Below, one piece after another: positions 61,796-64,000 of a stretch of 64,000 nucleotides of DNA. The stretch spans positions 51,772,001 through 51,836,000 of the forward strand of contig NC_086108.1 in assembly GCF_963921235.1 (NCBI RefSeq). Reading direction: 5' to 3'. How positions within the stretch are numbered: position 1 is the first letter of the stretch; every line of letters starts with the position of its first letter. Position numbers and translations under genes: made by a program. The DNA comes from Mobula hypostoma. Lineage: Eukaryota. The notes beneath the pieces were generated by a model that was not told the DNA's origin, did no database searches, and saw only the letters and a program-made list of their open reading frames with translations.

Positions 61796-63410
61796 CAGTG
61801 GTATGCAAAAGTTTGGGCACCCCTGGTCAAAATTTCTGTTACTGTGATTAGCTAAGCGAGTAAAAGATGAACTGATTTCCAAAAGGCATAAAGTTAAAGA
61901 TGACACATTTCTTTAATATTTTAAGCAAGATTAGTTTTTTATTTCCATCTTTTACAGTTCAAAATAACAGAAAAGGAAAAGGGCTTGAAGCAAAAGTTTG
62001 GGCACCCTGCATGGTCAGTACTTAGTAACAACCCCTTTGGCAAGTATCACAGCTTGTAAACGTTTTCTGTAGCCAGCTAAGAGTCTTTCAATTCTTGCTT
62101 GGGGGATATTTGCCCATTCTTCCTTACAAAAGGCTTCTAGTTCTGTGAGATTTTTGGGCGGTCTTGCATGCACTGCTCTTTTGAGGTCTATCCACAGATT
62201 TTCGATGATGTTTAGGTCAGGGGACTGTGAGGGCCATGGCAAAACCTTCAGCTTGCGCCTCTTGAGGTAGTCCATTGTGGATTTTGAGGTGTGTTTAGGA
62301 TCATTATCCTGTTGTAGAAGCCATCCTCTTTTCATCTTCAGCTTTTTTACAGATGGTGTGATGTTTGCTTCCAGAATTTGCTGGTATTTAATTGAATTCA
62401 TTCTACCCTCTAACAGTGAAAAGTTCCCTTTGCCATTGGATGCAACACAAGCCCAAAGCATGATCGATCCACCCCCATACTTAACAATTGGAGAGGTGTT
62501 CTTTTCATGAAATTCTGCACCCTTTTTTCTCCAAACATACCTTTGCTTATTGTGGCCAAAAAGTTTTATTTTAACGTCAGTCCACAGGACTTGTTTCCAA
62601 AATGCATCAGACTTGTTTAGATGTTCCTTTGCAAACTTCTGACACTGAATTTTTTGGTGAGGACGCAGGAAAGCTTTTTTCTGATGACTCTTCCATGAAG
62701 GTCATATTTGTGCAGGTGTCGCTGCACAGTAGAACAGTGCACCACCACTCCAGAGTCTGCTAAATCTTCCTGAAGGTCTTTTGCAGTCAAACGAGAGTTT
62801 CGATTTGCCTTTCTAGCAATCCTATGAGCAGTTCTCTTGGAAAGTTTTCTTGGTCTTCCAGACCTCAACTTGACCTCCACCATTCCTGCTAACTGCCATT
62901 TCTTCATTACATTACGAACTGAGGAAATGGCTACCTGAAAACCCTTTGCTATCTTCTAATAGCCTTCTCCTGCTTTGTGGGCATCATTTATTTTAATTTT
63001 CAAAGTGCTAGGCAGCTGCTTAGAGGAGCCCATGGCTGCTGATTGTTGGGACAAGGTTTGAGGAGTCAGGATATTTATAAAGCTTTGAAATTTGCAACAC
63101 CTGGCCTTTCCTAACGATTGTGAACAAGCCATAGCCCTAACAAGCTAATTAAGGTCTAAGATCTTGGTAAAAATTATCTGACAGCTCAAATCTCTTGGGG
63201 TGCCCAAACTTTTGCCTATTGCTCCGTTCCTTTTTTTCACTCTAAAATTGAACGAAACAAAAATAATACACTGAACTTGCTTAAAATGTTGAAAAGAATG
63301 TTTTATCTTTAACTTTATGACTTTTGGAGATCAGTTCATCTTCTACTCACTTAACTATTCACAGTAACAGAAATTTTGACCAGGGGTGCCTAAACTTTTG
63401 CATGCCTCTG
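61796..63410 (-). mobile_element. Tc1-family DNA transposon (IR/DR type), full length 1615 bp
   Basis: TA TSD; ~210-bp TIRs beginning CAGTGGTATGCAAAAGTTTGGGCACCCC, each with an internal direct repeat gcaaaagtttgggcaccc. Confidence 0.95.
62015..63033 (-). pseudogene. Tc1 transposase DD34E (stop and frameshifts)
   Basis: MGSSKQL...GY*KIA, RSGRPRK, GGSIMLW, QQDNDPKH...SPDLNIIENLW with 34 residues between D and E. Confidence 0.93.
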
Positions 63411-64000
63411 TATACGTACTTTGATAATAAATGTACTTTGAACTTTGAACTGAACTAAATCTCGGTATCTTCAAGGCATTACTGGACTTCTATCAACATA
63501 CCTCACAGTAATACATGAACAGTGTATTTCTGCACATGACAATTCTAATAGCAGAGGCATTTCAGATTTACCTACTTCCACCAACCACAATTAGTTCATC
63601 AACTCTGATCAGTTGCATTAACACCATTAGGACCAAACACAATGAACTGCAGAGAGTTCTGTTTAAGGTGATCCAAGTATAACTCTGCCCATGTCAGTAA
63701 TTTTGTCCACATCAGATGTGTTTGACTTGTTGATCAGAAGAAACTACAGTTAAATCAAGGACAGGAAGCATCCCAGACAAGTCAGTTGTCTTTGTTTCCC
63801 CCTTTCATGGACTCTATTATTGCTCTTGGATAATCTAATCAGCAACTGAATGTGGACAAAGGAAGCTTCAGGTAATGATCTGCTAAACCTGAGACTATTC
63901 TCAAACAAGTAGCCATTTGTTATGTAAAGAGAATGGACTCTATACTGATTCTTGACTCTGGGACAATTTAATCGGAGCAATCCTCAGAGACCATTCTCAG

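Larger units (their letters stand above)
58575..63456 (+). mobile_element. Rex1/Babar LINE interrupted by an LTR-like element and a Tc1
   Basis: [19 protein letters not shown]...LQFAY...[10 protein letters not shown]...SFADN; (tttgaac)n tail after the Tc1. Confidence 0.85.

Noticed and set aside
63750..63980. 76-aa minus-strand ORF at the window end as an exon of a neighbouring gene
   Set aside because: No recognisable homology or motif.

Overview
Vertebrate genomic DNA, inferred to be from a cartilaginous fish (shark or ray) from its HE1/V-SINE, SacSINE1-like and CR1 repeat content. The only host gene is the last 36 codons of PRRX1 (OAR domain, stop at 109-111) with its 3' UTR. The rest is non-coding or repeat: deeply nested CR1 LINEs of several families (one with an open 798-aa ORF2, one retaining an esterase ORF1), Rex1/Babar, L2, L1 and RTE-derived elements, SINEs, solo LTR-like elements, a Tc1 (DD34E) transposon and a pogo/Tigger transposon. 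A repeat-poor block at about 39.2-43.9 kb may hold PRRX1 enhancers. The strongest signal is a Penelope-like (GIY-YIG) retroelement system carrying minimal hammerhead ribozymes. It comprises four intact motifs, ~125-136 bp TSD-flanked mini-elements that all start at the ribozyme, and fold-back insertions including a 463-bp near-perfect palindrome. A second unusual signal is a pogo/Tigger element whose target duplication appears to be CG rather than TA. All calls are by eye; no searches or folding calculations were run.
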